DNA of 64,000 nucleotides, from NCBI GenBank assembly GCA_965655095.1, contig OZ296654.1, positions 70,246,001 through 70,310,000 on the forward strand. Reading direction: 5' to 3'. This DNA comes from Haplodiscus bocki (lineage: Eukaryota). Under the pieces are notes generated by a model that worked only from the letters and a program-made list of their open reading frames with translations, was not told the DNA's origin and did not search any database. This document shows, in pieces, positions 23,389-35,460 of the stretch (position 1 is the stretch's first letter; every line of letters begins with the position of its first letter). A program made the translations under genes and the position numbers.

Positions 23389-26220
23389 TTAAAAAATAAT
23401 TTCGTAGACAACGTTACTGAGTTGAAATTCCTCTACTAGCTTCTTGACATGTTTCGAGTCCACTTGCTGTTTGGAGCTACGACTTAGGCACGGCAGAGGC
23501 GCGTTTAAACCTAAGAGGTAGTTCGAAAGTTTACATCCACGGTACCGTACAGAGTGTCTACTTTTAGAACTTTTAGCACATGGTAGCTCAAAGAGTCCCA
23601 AATTGGTACTCCTCGTACTCATCGACTGCGTATCTTTAACTGCGAATAAAGAATTTAAACAGGTTGTTGGACAGAGGTTACTAGTAGATTGTATGCAGAA
23701 CTTGAGAAGTTCGATGGTGTACATGTCGTATACATTCGATGTTCCGGTCACTTCAAATAAGTCACTAGTGTGCGACATTTTCGATAAGCAAAGAATTATT
23801 TTCAATACCTTTTTCTGCATATAAAAAACAGGCAGTGATTGAGTTTTTGAGGTGCACCCATACACGAGAAGACCGTATGAAATTATAGGTTTCACGTACA
23901 CGTTGTAATATCGAATAAGGAAATTTCTCGATACCAATTGACGCAGTCTGAATAAAACATTCAGATGTTTTGATATTTTTGTCACAACTTTATGTATATG
24001 ATGTGGAAAATTCAGTTTGTGATCAATGTACACACCCAAATAATTGACTACATTCTGCCGATCTATTATTTTACCATCCAAAATCACATCATGATACGGT
24101 AATCCAATCTGTAATACCTGCGTTTTTTCGACATTCAAAGCTAGTCCATTTGTGTTCGTCCAATCTTTTACTTTTTCAAGTTCATCGTTGAGACCAAACA
24201 ATTCATCTTTTTTGATCGAGTATAAACAATTGGCATCATCTGCGAAAAGAAAAGTTTCAAGAAGCGAAGATACACATGGGAAGTCATTCATGAAAATAAT
24301 GAATAGCAGTGGTCCCAAAATCGATCCCTGTGGAACGCCAGACATAACTAATTGAGAAGCGGAACGAGTTTTATTTATTTGAACGCACTGATATCTATTA
24401 TTTAAATATGATTCAAACCATGCAAGTGCAGTCCCACGGATACCATAGATTTCTAATTTCATAAGTAATCGTTCATGATTTACAGTGTCAAAAGCTTTCC
24501 GCAAATCCAATAGCACCGATGTATGTTGAAATTCACTCTCTCGAAGTCGCTCTGTTATTTCAATCAGGGCGTGGCATGTTGAATGACCCGACCTGAATCC
24601 AAACTGCTTGTGATGGAGAAGTTTGAATTTATCAACAAAAGAGCAGACCCTGTTATGAACTGCTTTTTCTAAAACTTTACTTACTGTAGATAATAAAGAA
24701 ATAGACCGGTAGTTGTCAGCACAAGTCTTTGGTCCCTTTTTGTGTAGAGGAATTACCCGAGAGATCTTTAAACAATCGGAAAAAACTCCAATTTCCAGTG
24801 ATTCATTACATAGCTGTAATAACATGAGACAAATTACAGGGAAACTACATTTTAAAATTTCGGAAGATATTCCATCTAGACCAGTTGCCTTGTGATCCCG
24901 AAGTTTAAAAATAATGTTTTCTAATTCAGGAAGACTCATAGGATAGAAGAAAATTGAGTTTGCACTATTGCATACCTTTCTCAGGCAATGATTGTTGTGA
25001 AGAGGATCAATCGGGAGCCCAACTGTACCGGTGAACTTCTCATTAAAAGTGTTGGCTATTTCGAGTTCATCTGTAATTTTTTCATTCGAACCATCATTCA
25101 AGAGTATCTTTGTATGTTGTTTGTGTCGACCACAAAGGGAATTTAACACTTTGTAGAACTTCTTTGGCGCGGCTAAAGTTTCGTTCAAATAACTTTCAAA
25201 ATAGTCTTTTTTGGCTAACCTGATTATTTCTATTGTTTTATTGCGTTGCTTTCTATAGCATCTTTCGTCATGAAGGTTCCTAGTTTTGCAGAAACGTTTG
25301 TAGAGCTTCTGCTTTTTAGTTATGGTGTTTTTAATTTCGTTCGTTATCCATTTTTCGGAATTCTCACGTACCGTTTTAGTGCATGTATGCAGCATGACTG
25401 TGGTACTAAGTGTTTGTAAAAAATTGCCGAACTTATCGTCAAGATTCTGTTCATTATGAATCTCAGTAAACTCATTGTTAAGATCGTTGAGAAAGGAAAC
25501 GAGTGCTTCACTATTTTTCAAAAAAGGCATAGACTATTTCCCTTTTGTTCGATTTTATCTCCATTGGTGTTTCAAAAAAAGTGGCAGAGTGATCAGTGAT
25601 TCCCAATTTCTTGACCCCTGCCTTTTTCTTGCATTTGCTATTGTGTATAACATGATCAATAAGAGTAGACGTACTGCATGTAATCCTGGTAGGTTCATGG
25701 ATTTCTTGAATAAAACCATGTTTTTCTAAGATACTGAGATAGTCAGAGACAGTAGAAATATAACAAAGTAGATCAATGTTCATACCACCCAAAATGAAGC
25801 AAGGACTGTCAAATGTACTAACTTTTTCGATCCCAATCTCAAAATCACGCAAAAAACAAGTTACTCACTGACGGAGAATTATAAATGCATGCAACAAAAA
25901 ACTGTACTCCTGGTTTTGAAACACATTTCACCAAGATAGCATTCAAGTTAGTTGCGATTTTCACTTCTTCGAACCATATTGATTCATGAAGAAAAATAAC
26001 TACACCATGGTTTCGTTTTTTGCCATGTTTTTGCAGTGGTGCACTAAACCCTGGTATAGTGTAGATTCTGGTATCTGTGTTTTCTGTTAACCACGCTTCA
26101 CTTAGGCAAATCACACTTGGTTTTTTCGAACCCAAAATTTCCAAGTAAGTATGCAAAACATCAAAATTTTTTGAAATTGATGTGATATTCAGATGGAAGA
26201 AGCACTCGCCACCGTTCCTT
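23389..26220 (-). pseudogene. LINE ORF2 (endonuclease + reverse transcriptase) with two frameshifts (~25852 and ~25520)
   Basis: ORF-track pieces 25845-26156, 25511-25852 and 23389-25530 join into one APE-RT protein. Confidence 0.9.
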
Positions 26221-26269
26221 TTTTCTTTTGATTTTAGAAAACTTCTCTTATGTTTGGGAAGGCCCCCTC

Positions 26270-27012
26270 TTAAAAATTTAGACTTTCTTTACAAGATGAC
26301 ATAACTAAAGCTGGATTCCATTTATACACTTCAGCTAAATTGTTGAAAACAGTTTTCTTGCCTTGGATGTCATACAAGGTTATCTTTTCATTTTGCATCA
26401 CTACTGTTTTCATATCTTCAATTTCACGCAATTTAGCGGAAATCTTCGATCTCAGTGGAGTCAAATCATCATTGATGTAGATTTGATGCTCGCCTTCTTT
26501 CAGCTTCTTTTTGTTGCGCATAATCTCTAACATTGTTTCGCGCCTGACAAATTTAACAATTAAAGGTTTTTTACCTCGTCTACTGGGGAGCCGATGACAT
26601 ACACTGATATCTGTCTTTTTGATATTCACTCCTACCAGTTTTGCTACATGCACCACTACATCGTAGGGGTTCTCGGGTTCTCGTCTTTGGCCTCGTCCAG
26701 TCCGAATATCCTGATGTTGTCTCTACGTCCATACTGCTCATTCGCATCTGATTGGAGTAGGGAGAAGAGCTTCGATGTGTCATCTGGTTTGGCATCGATG
26801 GTTGTTGCTTTCAGCTCAGCCACCTCAGCCGCCGCACAGAAGCCACACAGAAATGGTCTCTCCATGAAACCTCGTGGTACTCGCTTCGGTAGCCAGGTGG
26901 GAACCCACGCTGGACACGGACTGCCATCTGGAGCCGTGCCAGTACAGCCAAACAGGTGCGTCATCCCATCATCATCTGCATCTGAGGTCGATCCAATCCT
27001 TTTTGGTGGCAT
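26270..27012 (-). pseudogene. LINE ORF1 split by an 8-bp duplication frameshift
   Basis: ORFs 26656-27012 and 26270-26656; gggttctc is duplicated at 26667-26682. Confidence 0.88.
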
Positions 27013-29739
27013 CTCAACAATCAGTCTCTGAAACTATTTAATAAGTTTATCACAACAATTAGGTAAGACAGATTTTGCGAAGCCTCAACTTGACAAACAG
27101 TTGTGACCAGTTTCAGAACCCTTTTATCCTACCATCTAGACAGTCGGGCACTTCTAAAAGCGCCAACTAAAATAGTAAGCCAATAAAAAAGCGAGAATGA
27201 TTCAGTGATAGTGTTTCGGTTATGGGGTCATGCTGATCATTCCGAATGAGGAGAGCCAGTGAGTTCATTAAGTCGTCCGCTACATTCACCTGCCTGCTTT
27301 ATTCATTCAGCGTGATAAGACTTCGAACCAGAAGAAGATGACAGCATAAAGTGAAGAGAATTTGTGAAAAAAACAACCGAAGTCAAAGTGCGAATATGCG
27401 TGGATTTGACCATTACATTAATTAGCTTAAAGTCTTATCTTTAGGCAGTAGGCTGTAGCACAGGGCCTCCTGCTGTTTTTCTCAGCTCACAAAATCAATA
27501 CAGCCAGAGACCACCAGAGCAAAAACTACAATTTCTGCAGTGAGAATAGCCTGTTTCTCCTAATTTTCGTGACCTCGCTTCGGGTGTTAAAATCAATCTT
27601 TCAAATTAATTTCGAAGATTACTAAGAAAAAACTCGATGGATATGTTTCAAGATGACTGATCCAATAGAAACACTTCAATGGATCTTCAAAATAACAATT
27701 CTTTGTGCAGAATTAGAAGAAGGGTTTCCTAGTTTTGTTAAATCGCCAAATATCAGCTTTATTGAATCTGTCAACGGTTGTATAGTAACATTCAAGTTTT
27801 AATTTTAACCTTCTATTTTCGTTCATCGGAATTGTATCACTATTATGACTATCAACTATTAGACTACACATGTACGCCCATAATCCGTATCATAGAGTCC
27901 AGATCCAGAGATACGGATGTACACAGTTTTTGATGTTGTATATGGCAGCTGGGCCAAAATCAATTAAACTATTGAATAGTGGCCAAATACAGTTGCAGCC
28001 GAGTGGTAGGAAATTCTCACTGATTGGATGCGGAAATAACCAGGAACCGCTTTGGACAATGACGTCATTGTTCACGCCGGAACATCATTCGTGTTGAATT
28101 TTCATTCATTCTACCAGTGCTCTCGTTACGTGTATTTCGTACTTTTTTGCGTTCCCGAACGAGAAAGCTTATCAATTTCAACTGTCTTTTGAACTAACTT
28201 TACACACGGAGTCGAAGCTGTGCTTAGCAGACACTTGTGACGAAGATGACAAACGGCATCAATTAATTACTACTCCAAGGAAACTTCTCACTTGATTCCC
28301 CTGAAGTCCTCGTTATAGCAAACTTCAGGGAAGACGTTTACACTGTATAAAAGCGAAGGGAAAATTCAGATGTTCAAGAAGAACCTTACTTGTAAGGTTA
28401 CGAATTCGATAGCCGTAATCCAACTGAGTCTCCAAGAAAATATTGAGGACGTTTCCCCAAAACTTCAAACTGGGACATCACCATCACCGGATCTCCAGAT
28501 TGCCAAAGTATTCTTGAAGTAATTTGAAGAGACAAGTGAAGAGATTTTGATTTTCAAACTACAAGCCAGCAAATTTTCATGGAAATATTTAACGGGCATA
28601 TGCCAAGCTTTCAAAAGAGCCCTGGATGGCCACAATCCAACAACCATTTTTTTCCGAGAAAAAAACTTCGAAAAAAGAACGCAAGTAAAACGATTTTGAT
28701 TTTCAAATTAAGTTGATACTGCGTGTGGAACAACTGTAACATAACTTCCCTGTTTCTTCATCGAGTTTCCACTTTTCGCGACTTTGAGTGAGTGTGGGAT
28801 GAGGGCAATCCAACAAGCATTCTAAGATGCGTGCAACTTTGAAGACGCAAGATAAAAGATTTCCAATGTCAAACGACAAGTCAAAATATCACGCGTGCCA
28901 AGAACAAAATGTGACTTCCTGCTTCACTGCTTAATCTACAGATTGAGCGCGTTTGATTGACCTTTAGATGTCCTCAATTGCTCAAAAACAAGAAAATATT
29001 ACTATAAATCCCCCCAACGGACGAAGAGTGAGAATAATTATTCGAAAAGCAGTTTCAATTTAGACTAAAATTTCCAAAACAAAGTGAACACTGAGGTTTC
29101 CAAAGCTCAATTGCTTACCCCACTGATGGACTCTCATAAGAATCTATAGAAACGGTTGAAGAGCAGTTTTAGCAATATAGTAAGAACATGTAGTCCTGTA
29201 ACTCAACATCGTCCTGGAAACCAAAATATCTCGAACTTGAGAAGAGTATGAGATGCCAAAGAACCAACATCCCCGTGACAAAAAAGTTCGGAAATTTTGA
29301 TTGTCTGGAAAAAACCATCACCGTCTCACGAAATAAAATTTGATAGAATTGACCGAAAATGTGCGTTTGCCTTCCACAGATTAGGAAGTTGTTCTGACCA
29401 AAATTTTTACTAAAATTCGGAATTTGTATAACAAAAGGAATGCTGTGAGGCCAAATTAGGCAAACTAATCCATAGTGTAACACGCTACAATTCACTACAT
29501 CTACTGATACAGGTACTAACAGAAATAGGGGTTTAGAACTTCCACTCAACTACCGACGCAAAAAAATGGAAGCTATGATACTCCGTTGTTTTGAAATAGC
29601 AGGTTCTAAAATACGCAGGTCGTGTCATAGAAAGTCCACAAAGTCATACACTGTCTGAATATTATATAACACAGAGGCAACATTGTGCAACTGTACAGAG
29701 TCCTACTTAAAGTTGTTATTGTAATTATTGTTTTCATGG

Positions 29740-32700
29740 CTTTAAGGATCCTATCTCCACAGAGACTATGAGTAGCGAGTTTTCAGTTCAGTGGGTTGGC
29801 ACGACATTTTCGGCACAGACAGATGAACGCCCAGCTGGATGGGTTTCTCTCATTTCAGATTTCATCACATGGTAGTTATGAGTCTGACCTGTGGAGTTCA
29901 AGCGCATCGAAGAAGTCATTTGTCCGCCGAATGACGTTTTTACGTTCACCAGTTCCATTCAAGACGTTCCATCTCGGAATCTCGTACGTCCCTTCGGAAC
30001 GCAGAACTCCCTTGTGTCTACCCTTAGTTGAAGACTGACGTGTGAGGACAAGTCAACGTTGTATCATTCTTCCATTATGCTGCACAGGAAAAAAAGTCTC
30101 CAACACTCGAGATACGAAAAGGAAAGTAAATTAACAGTTTTAATTCCTTCTTAATAGCTCATGTCATTGCATATCCAAGATATTACTTTCTTTGCAAAAC
30201 TCAGCAATTTTTGCTCACACATTTTCAAACAAACCCCAGCATTTAGACGCAAAGAAAAGGATCGGACGAATGATCGCTCAATGCAGTTGCAATCTAATTG
30301 TTCTTGACAGTATCTCCGAAGTGTTCCTCCTGAGTAGGAACAAGGATTTCATCGATTTTGAAATTATGGACTAGACATGCACAATCCATCCGAGACTCAC
30401 CGACCATCAGCCCTATACCCTCACATGATTTCTAACAATTAAATGGCTTCAGTTCACATGTAAAGCTTGCTTCATCTAAGAACCTCTTCTTTCCTATTGA
30501 AAATTCGCTGATCGAGCATTTTTTGTAGTAAAATAACTAGTGATTTTGCACACTCCACTCATGCACATTGTTATGGTCTTCATGAAACTTGTCGATGTGA
30601 TGTTCGTGTCCATTAAAGATAGTTTTCAGGTCATCGGCGGAGGGTAAAGCAATCGAAGAACAGACTATAAAGGTCGGTCGTTCACGTAACTCATTGAAGT
30701 AGATGCTTCAAGACAAAGTCCTGTGGCAGCACTCCAGATGTTGTGATTTCCGGACTCGACAAGCTCTCGTTAACCTTTACTGATTCTCTCCTTCCTGTAA
30801 AGTGGTTCTGAATTAGATCAGCCAACTTTTCTGATGGTCGTTGTAATATTTTTTTTTCAGCAAGATGTGATCTTTGATTTTTTTAAAATGATCTCGAAAA
30901 GTCGAAGAGCACAAAAGTGTTCACAGGGCCAATGTTTTGACTGATTTTGGACAAACTGGCAGTCAGTTGGATAACCGCTTTTTGTTTTAGCAGGAAGCAA
31001 AATTGTAACAGACTGACAAACTTCGCAACGGGCTCTATTTTTGCTTTGAAACACGTATCAATGATCGACAACATGTTTAGCAATGTCACAGTTCGATAGT
31101 TGGAAACTAACTTGTCATCACCTTTATATATCGGTGACACTCAGACGAACTTTCGCTAGTCTTTTGATATTATTCAATTCTTCAATGAGCAGGCTAGTTC
31201 CTTTCAGGTTTCTTTCAACAAAATTGGGGGATCAAGTGGCATCCCTTGCTCTTTGAAGTTTTTAGTTTTTTCAGTTTTTGCTTATCTTGAAAAGGCTAAA
31301 CTTCAGATTTGTATTCCGGGAAGTATGGTTACTGCAGGTTTGAAGTGATAATCTGGGTCAGTCACAACTGACAAACATACTCATTGAAGAGTTCCACATT
31401 TGAAGACCTCGGAGTAGTTATTTGTAAAGGAGTCTCTTCGGGTATTTGAAAATTTTGTTCCTGTATCTGGTCGCCTAACCTCCGATCATTTGCTAGAATG
31501 TCCTCGCAGATTTCTTCCACTGATCTTACGGAAAACTCCTGGCGTCTTGTCTATCTCGTCTAGTTTTCGACCGTGGGGTTTGAAGTTGGTGTATAGCATG
31601 TGACGTTTCTCTGCTCCTCCATCATGAACGGTTTTCTCCTGTTCTAGTTCGTTTGGGAGTGCAGTTGTCGATCGTTGCAAAAATCCATTCATATCATAGG
31701 CTCAAAGTCATGTCAATCTTGCTGTAACACCTTCACTTGTATTTCAGACTTGAGTTCCTCAAAGCTCCACTTCCACTTGCAATCGCTATATAAATTCTGG
31801 ATTTTCTTCGGGGGCTTTCTTCCACTGAACGCCATTTCCAATATTACAAGTTTGTGGTCAGAGAACTGTTTCAAGGGAGGTGCAAGTTGAATGTTGTCCA
31901 CTACGGATTCATTTGTAACAAACACAAAGTCCAGGCAGAATGTAGCTCTGGTATCGTATCTAATTACTTGCTTCGAGTTTAACTTTAGAATTGTCAGCCA
32001 TCTTTTCATACTAAGGATTTTTCGTCTCCCATGTGAGCCAGTCCATTTCAAAAATGTTAAAGTCCCCAGCAATGAGTTACATTTGCAGTTACCTGTTGAG
32101 AAAGTGAAAAACTCTTCACCTCATCAGCATGTACTGGCTAAAGATTTCCACCAGCAGGGTTATAGACTCCGACTATGAAACGCGTTTCGCATAATCCAAT
32201 CATAACACGAGTACAGCCTCCAAGGCTATCGCCAAATCCACCGTGCTTATCTTTTGATTTTCTTACAATTTCATTCACAGCTATTAGGATGCCGCCATCT
32301 CTGTGGACCTTGTCCTTTCGCGATGGTCGGTCTGCCTTTATGAAGTTATAATCCACCAGACAGAGTTTACCGATGCTTGTATTTCCCGTTAGCAACGTTG
32401 AAACTATTGTGTCATACCTCATGCGAAATGGAAAGTCGGAGAGTCCTAGTCGTTTCTCAATCAATAACGCTTCTTACATTATAGACTTCTTACGTTCCGC
32501 CCTAGCCATTCCTCGGAGTTTTCTGTAGGATTGGTTTTTCCTTTCTTTCGTCTCTGCACTTGAGCTGGTTTGGAGGACCTCGCACTGAATGATGACATTT
32601 GGTAGCATCTGCCCGATCTTTTGTTCGTGCTTGGTCAACTAGTTTTTTATCTTTACGGGGTCTCCCTTGAGTAGCCTTGTCACACTTTCTTCATCTGCTT

Positions 32701-35460
32701 TATCTAACTCCTATTCCGTTATTGCTTCCTCCTTTAATGTTTCGTATATGTGTGGCAGAAATTGCGGTTGTCTGAGCCACTGCGACCAGCTCATTGTGTT
32801 TCTGTCATCTTTCGCAATAACAGTGTTCACACAATCACTAACAAGGTGTTTTCTAAACCGTAAAGCGACAACTTGCTACAAGCGACAAGTCGGCATAGAA
32901 ATCAAAAGGCGACAACTTGCTACAAATCGATCGAAGCGACAAGTTGCCAAAAAGAAAGATGGGCGACAACTTGCCATAAAACATAAACTGACTAGATTAA
33001 AGTGGACAACCAAAAGCGCGCGCATTAAAAAATCAAGTTTTTCAGCTGAATATTAAACAATTAACCAATAATACAATTACTAATTGGATCTGCATTAAAC
33101 GGATGTACATAATTATCACCTTACAGGTGTGAAAACTAAAACGAGTACAAGACATCATAACTCATTTGTCTCCAAAAAAGCACCATATATAGATTTATTT
33201 ACACCTGCCAATAGCACTTAAAAAATTCATGCCTTCAGAATTTGTCAAACGTCAGCAGGGAAAGCTCAAACTGAAGTACGAAGGCTATTTGTACTGCCTG
33301 TTGGGCGGAAAAGAATGGATTAAAAACGTGGAGATGCAACAAAAGACAGTGCAAAGCCATTGCAACAGCGCTTCACGACAAGAGAACACTTGTATGAAAC
33401 AGATCTGAAGCACTCGAAGCTACTGAAGGTTTGAAAAAAAGATGAAAGAGAAAGCCGCGAACTCCAACGAGCAGCCACGAAAAATTGTACAAAATGCAAC
33501 AGCAACACTTACGAGTGAAGATGCAGTGGCACTGCCAAAATGCGAGAGTTTGACCCGAAGCATTCAAAGACAACGTCGGTGGGGAAAAAACTACATTGAA
33601 GGATGTGGCTATTCCATCGGAGCTACAATTGACATCACGAGAAGAGAGATTCCTAGCCCACGTTTGGTTCCGATGATAAGGAAAAATTTCTAAATTTTAG
33701 CACTGAGCAAAATTTGCATCTCCTCGAAAGCACTCCTCAATGGCAAACGCGGACAAAACATTTAGACGTCCAGATTTGATTTATCAATGGTATAGAGTTC
33801 ATGGTGTGCTGAATGGACATACAATACCGCATCTATACATGCTTTTAGAAGAGAAAAAAAGTTACAACTCAGATTTCTGAATGAATTAAAAAAATCAACC
33901 CGTTTGTAAACAATAACGTAATTCTTTTCTAAATATCCTTCCTGTTGCTTTTGCAGGTTGCTTCTTTCATTTGCCCAAGCCAACTGGCGCAAAGTACAAG
34001 ACCTTGGACTGAAAAACGAATACGGTCAAGAAATGGAAATTAGAACTTTGATAAAGTCTTGCGTATCATTGGCCCTAATTCCTCCCCAAGATGTTTTTAT
34101 GGGCTTCGATCAAGTTTTTGTTCGGCATCGGAAAGTTTTCCAGGAACCGAAAGTTACCTGAAAAAACTTCGAAGAAACTTGCTTGGAAGTCCTGGTCGTC
34201 TTGGGAAAGAAGTAAACCGTTGTTTCCAATCAGTCTCTGGAATCAGTTCGAAAATGCGCGAAGTGGTAACCAGAAGACCAACAACGTTGAAGGCTGGCAT
34301 AGAGCCTTTCAATTGGGCATGAGGTTCGCTCATCCAACGATAGCGAAATTGTAGCATTATCTGCGGAAAGAGCAGAGCTTCACTGAAAGCCGCATCGCAA
34401 GAATACGTGCAGGGAAAGTGTTGTTAGTCAATGCCAAAGTGGAGCGTTACGGCAAGCGCGTTCAACGAAATCTCAGTCATTATCACAATACTAATTTCTC
34501 GTCCGTTCTAGAAGGACTCTCAATTAACTTCGATTTTTGAATGTACTCTTTGTTAGTTTAAGATGTGTGTTTAATTGATATTCAACTGCGACATCGTCTT
34601 TCCTACGTGTAAAAAAGTGTTCCAGGTTGGATTCGAACAACAAAGCCCCAAAAATACAGGAAAATATACCTAATCAAGGAGGGCGAACTTGAGGGTTCTG
34701 AATATTGCAAAAATTATCGCCTCAATCTAAGGTTTATTTTCCGTTTTCCGCGCTCCACTCTTATCACGTGGTCACGGAGCCTTACTTTTCCTGAAAATTA
34801 CCTTGATTACCTGGGAATGGGTAACTAATCACCTCATAGAACTATAATTTGGTAAAACTTTTTTCATTGAAGCGTACCACCGCGTCTTATCTTCTGTAGC
34901 TAGTTGCCGCCTTTGAAGTTTTGCGGCAAGTTTTCGCCTTTTTAAATTTGTGGCAAGTTGTCGCCTTTTGGATTCAAAGGCCAGTTTTCGCTCGATGTCA
35001 TTTCCCACATAACGCATTACCCTGCTTTTTGTTATCCAGTTGTCCTTCGCTCAGTTGAACTTGTGCAAATGGCACTGCGTGCATGTGGCTTCGTCCTTTA
35101 ACATTCGTTTCCGACGTCGGAACATCTCTTGCACAGCCATATAAGGGAACGTGTTTACTTCATCGACTTCAAGATATTGACTTACTGCAGAGTGATACAA
35201 TCTACCACAACGATAAAACCAAAGACTCCGTCCTTACATAGGGATTTGCATCCCCCACATACCAATTTCATGGCTGGCTTCTCTCTGTCCGTCATTCCCG
35301 CGTCCTTTGGATAAGTACCTATCAGTCAAGCCTCTTCTAATCAAAGGTGGTCTTGATTGAAGGCACAAACTGTTACTGCTCGAATTTCAATTAAAAAACA
35401 AAAGTCTCTGCAGATACCCACCAGCAAAAAACACACAGCAGAGAGAGCGCACCTTCCAAC
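29740..35460 (-). mobile_element. Decayed CR1-like LINE (PHD-type ORF1, APE, RT) split by a MULE insertion
   Basis: APE motifs DRPS..GGILIAV, VYNP, LDFVF, FSDH; RT motifs SPIYKGD..SNYRTVTLL, FDFSRSF, SGVLPQ. A Cys-rich WLCKRC segment lies near 35100-35270 beyond the MULE. Confidence 0.75.
32845..35020 (+). mobile_element. Mutator-like (MULE) DNA transposon with FLYWCH domain, degenerate
   Basis: LKYEGYLYC..WRC...C (FLYWCH), WRKVQDLGL...LALIPP and PLFPISLWN...KTNNVEGWHRAF transposase motifs. Inverted terminal regions are built from repeated GGCGACAACTTGC / GCAAGTTGTCGCC units (32863-32975, 34895-34992). Confidence 0.88.

Larger units (their letters stand above)
23250..27110 (-). mobile_element. 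Near-full-length CR1/L2-group non-LTR retrotransposon (ORF1 + APE-RT ORF2); ends approximate
   Basis: ORF1 has a Cys-rich N-terminus and EQYGRRDNIRIFGL...CHRLP...PLIVKF...IYINDDLTP. ORF2 has APE motifs (ICLSEAWL, IYNSP, TLIDHV, TDH) and RT motifs (NYRSISLL, QFGFR, LDLRKAFDTV, GVPQGSILGP, LFADD, YLGV). Confidence 0.95.
22500..27830 (-). mobile_element. Old degenerate LINE RT fragment (~22500-23240 and ~27120-27830) interrupted by the young LINE
   Basis: Residual RT-like text on both sides of the young element: IPSPSKKLILSFLTG on the left, and LVGAF plus an NRLFSL motif on the right. Many stops. Confidence 0.4.

Noticed and set aside
26594-27031. 145-aa plus-strand ORF
   Set aside because: Antisense shadow of the GC-rich LINE ORF1.
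23237-27130. Target-site duplication for the young LINE (also sought for the MULE)
   Set aside because: No convincing direct repeat found by eye, so boundaries remain approximate.
32863-32975. CRISPR-like repeat-spacer array
   Set aside because: Eukaryotic context, short degenerate repeats and an inverted counterpart at 34.9 kb identify them as MULE terminal repeats.
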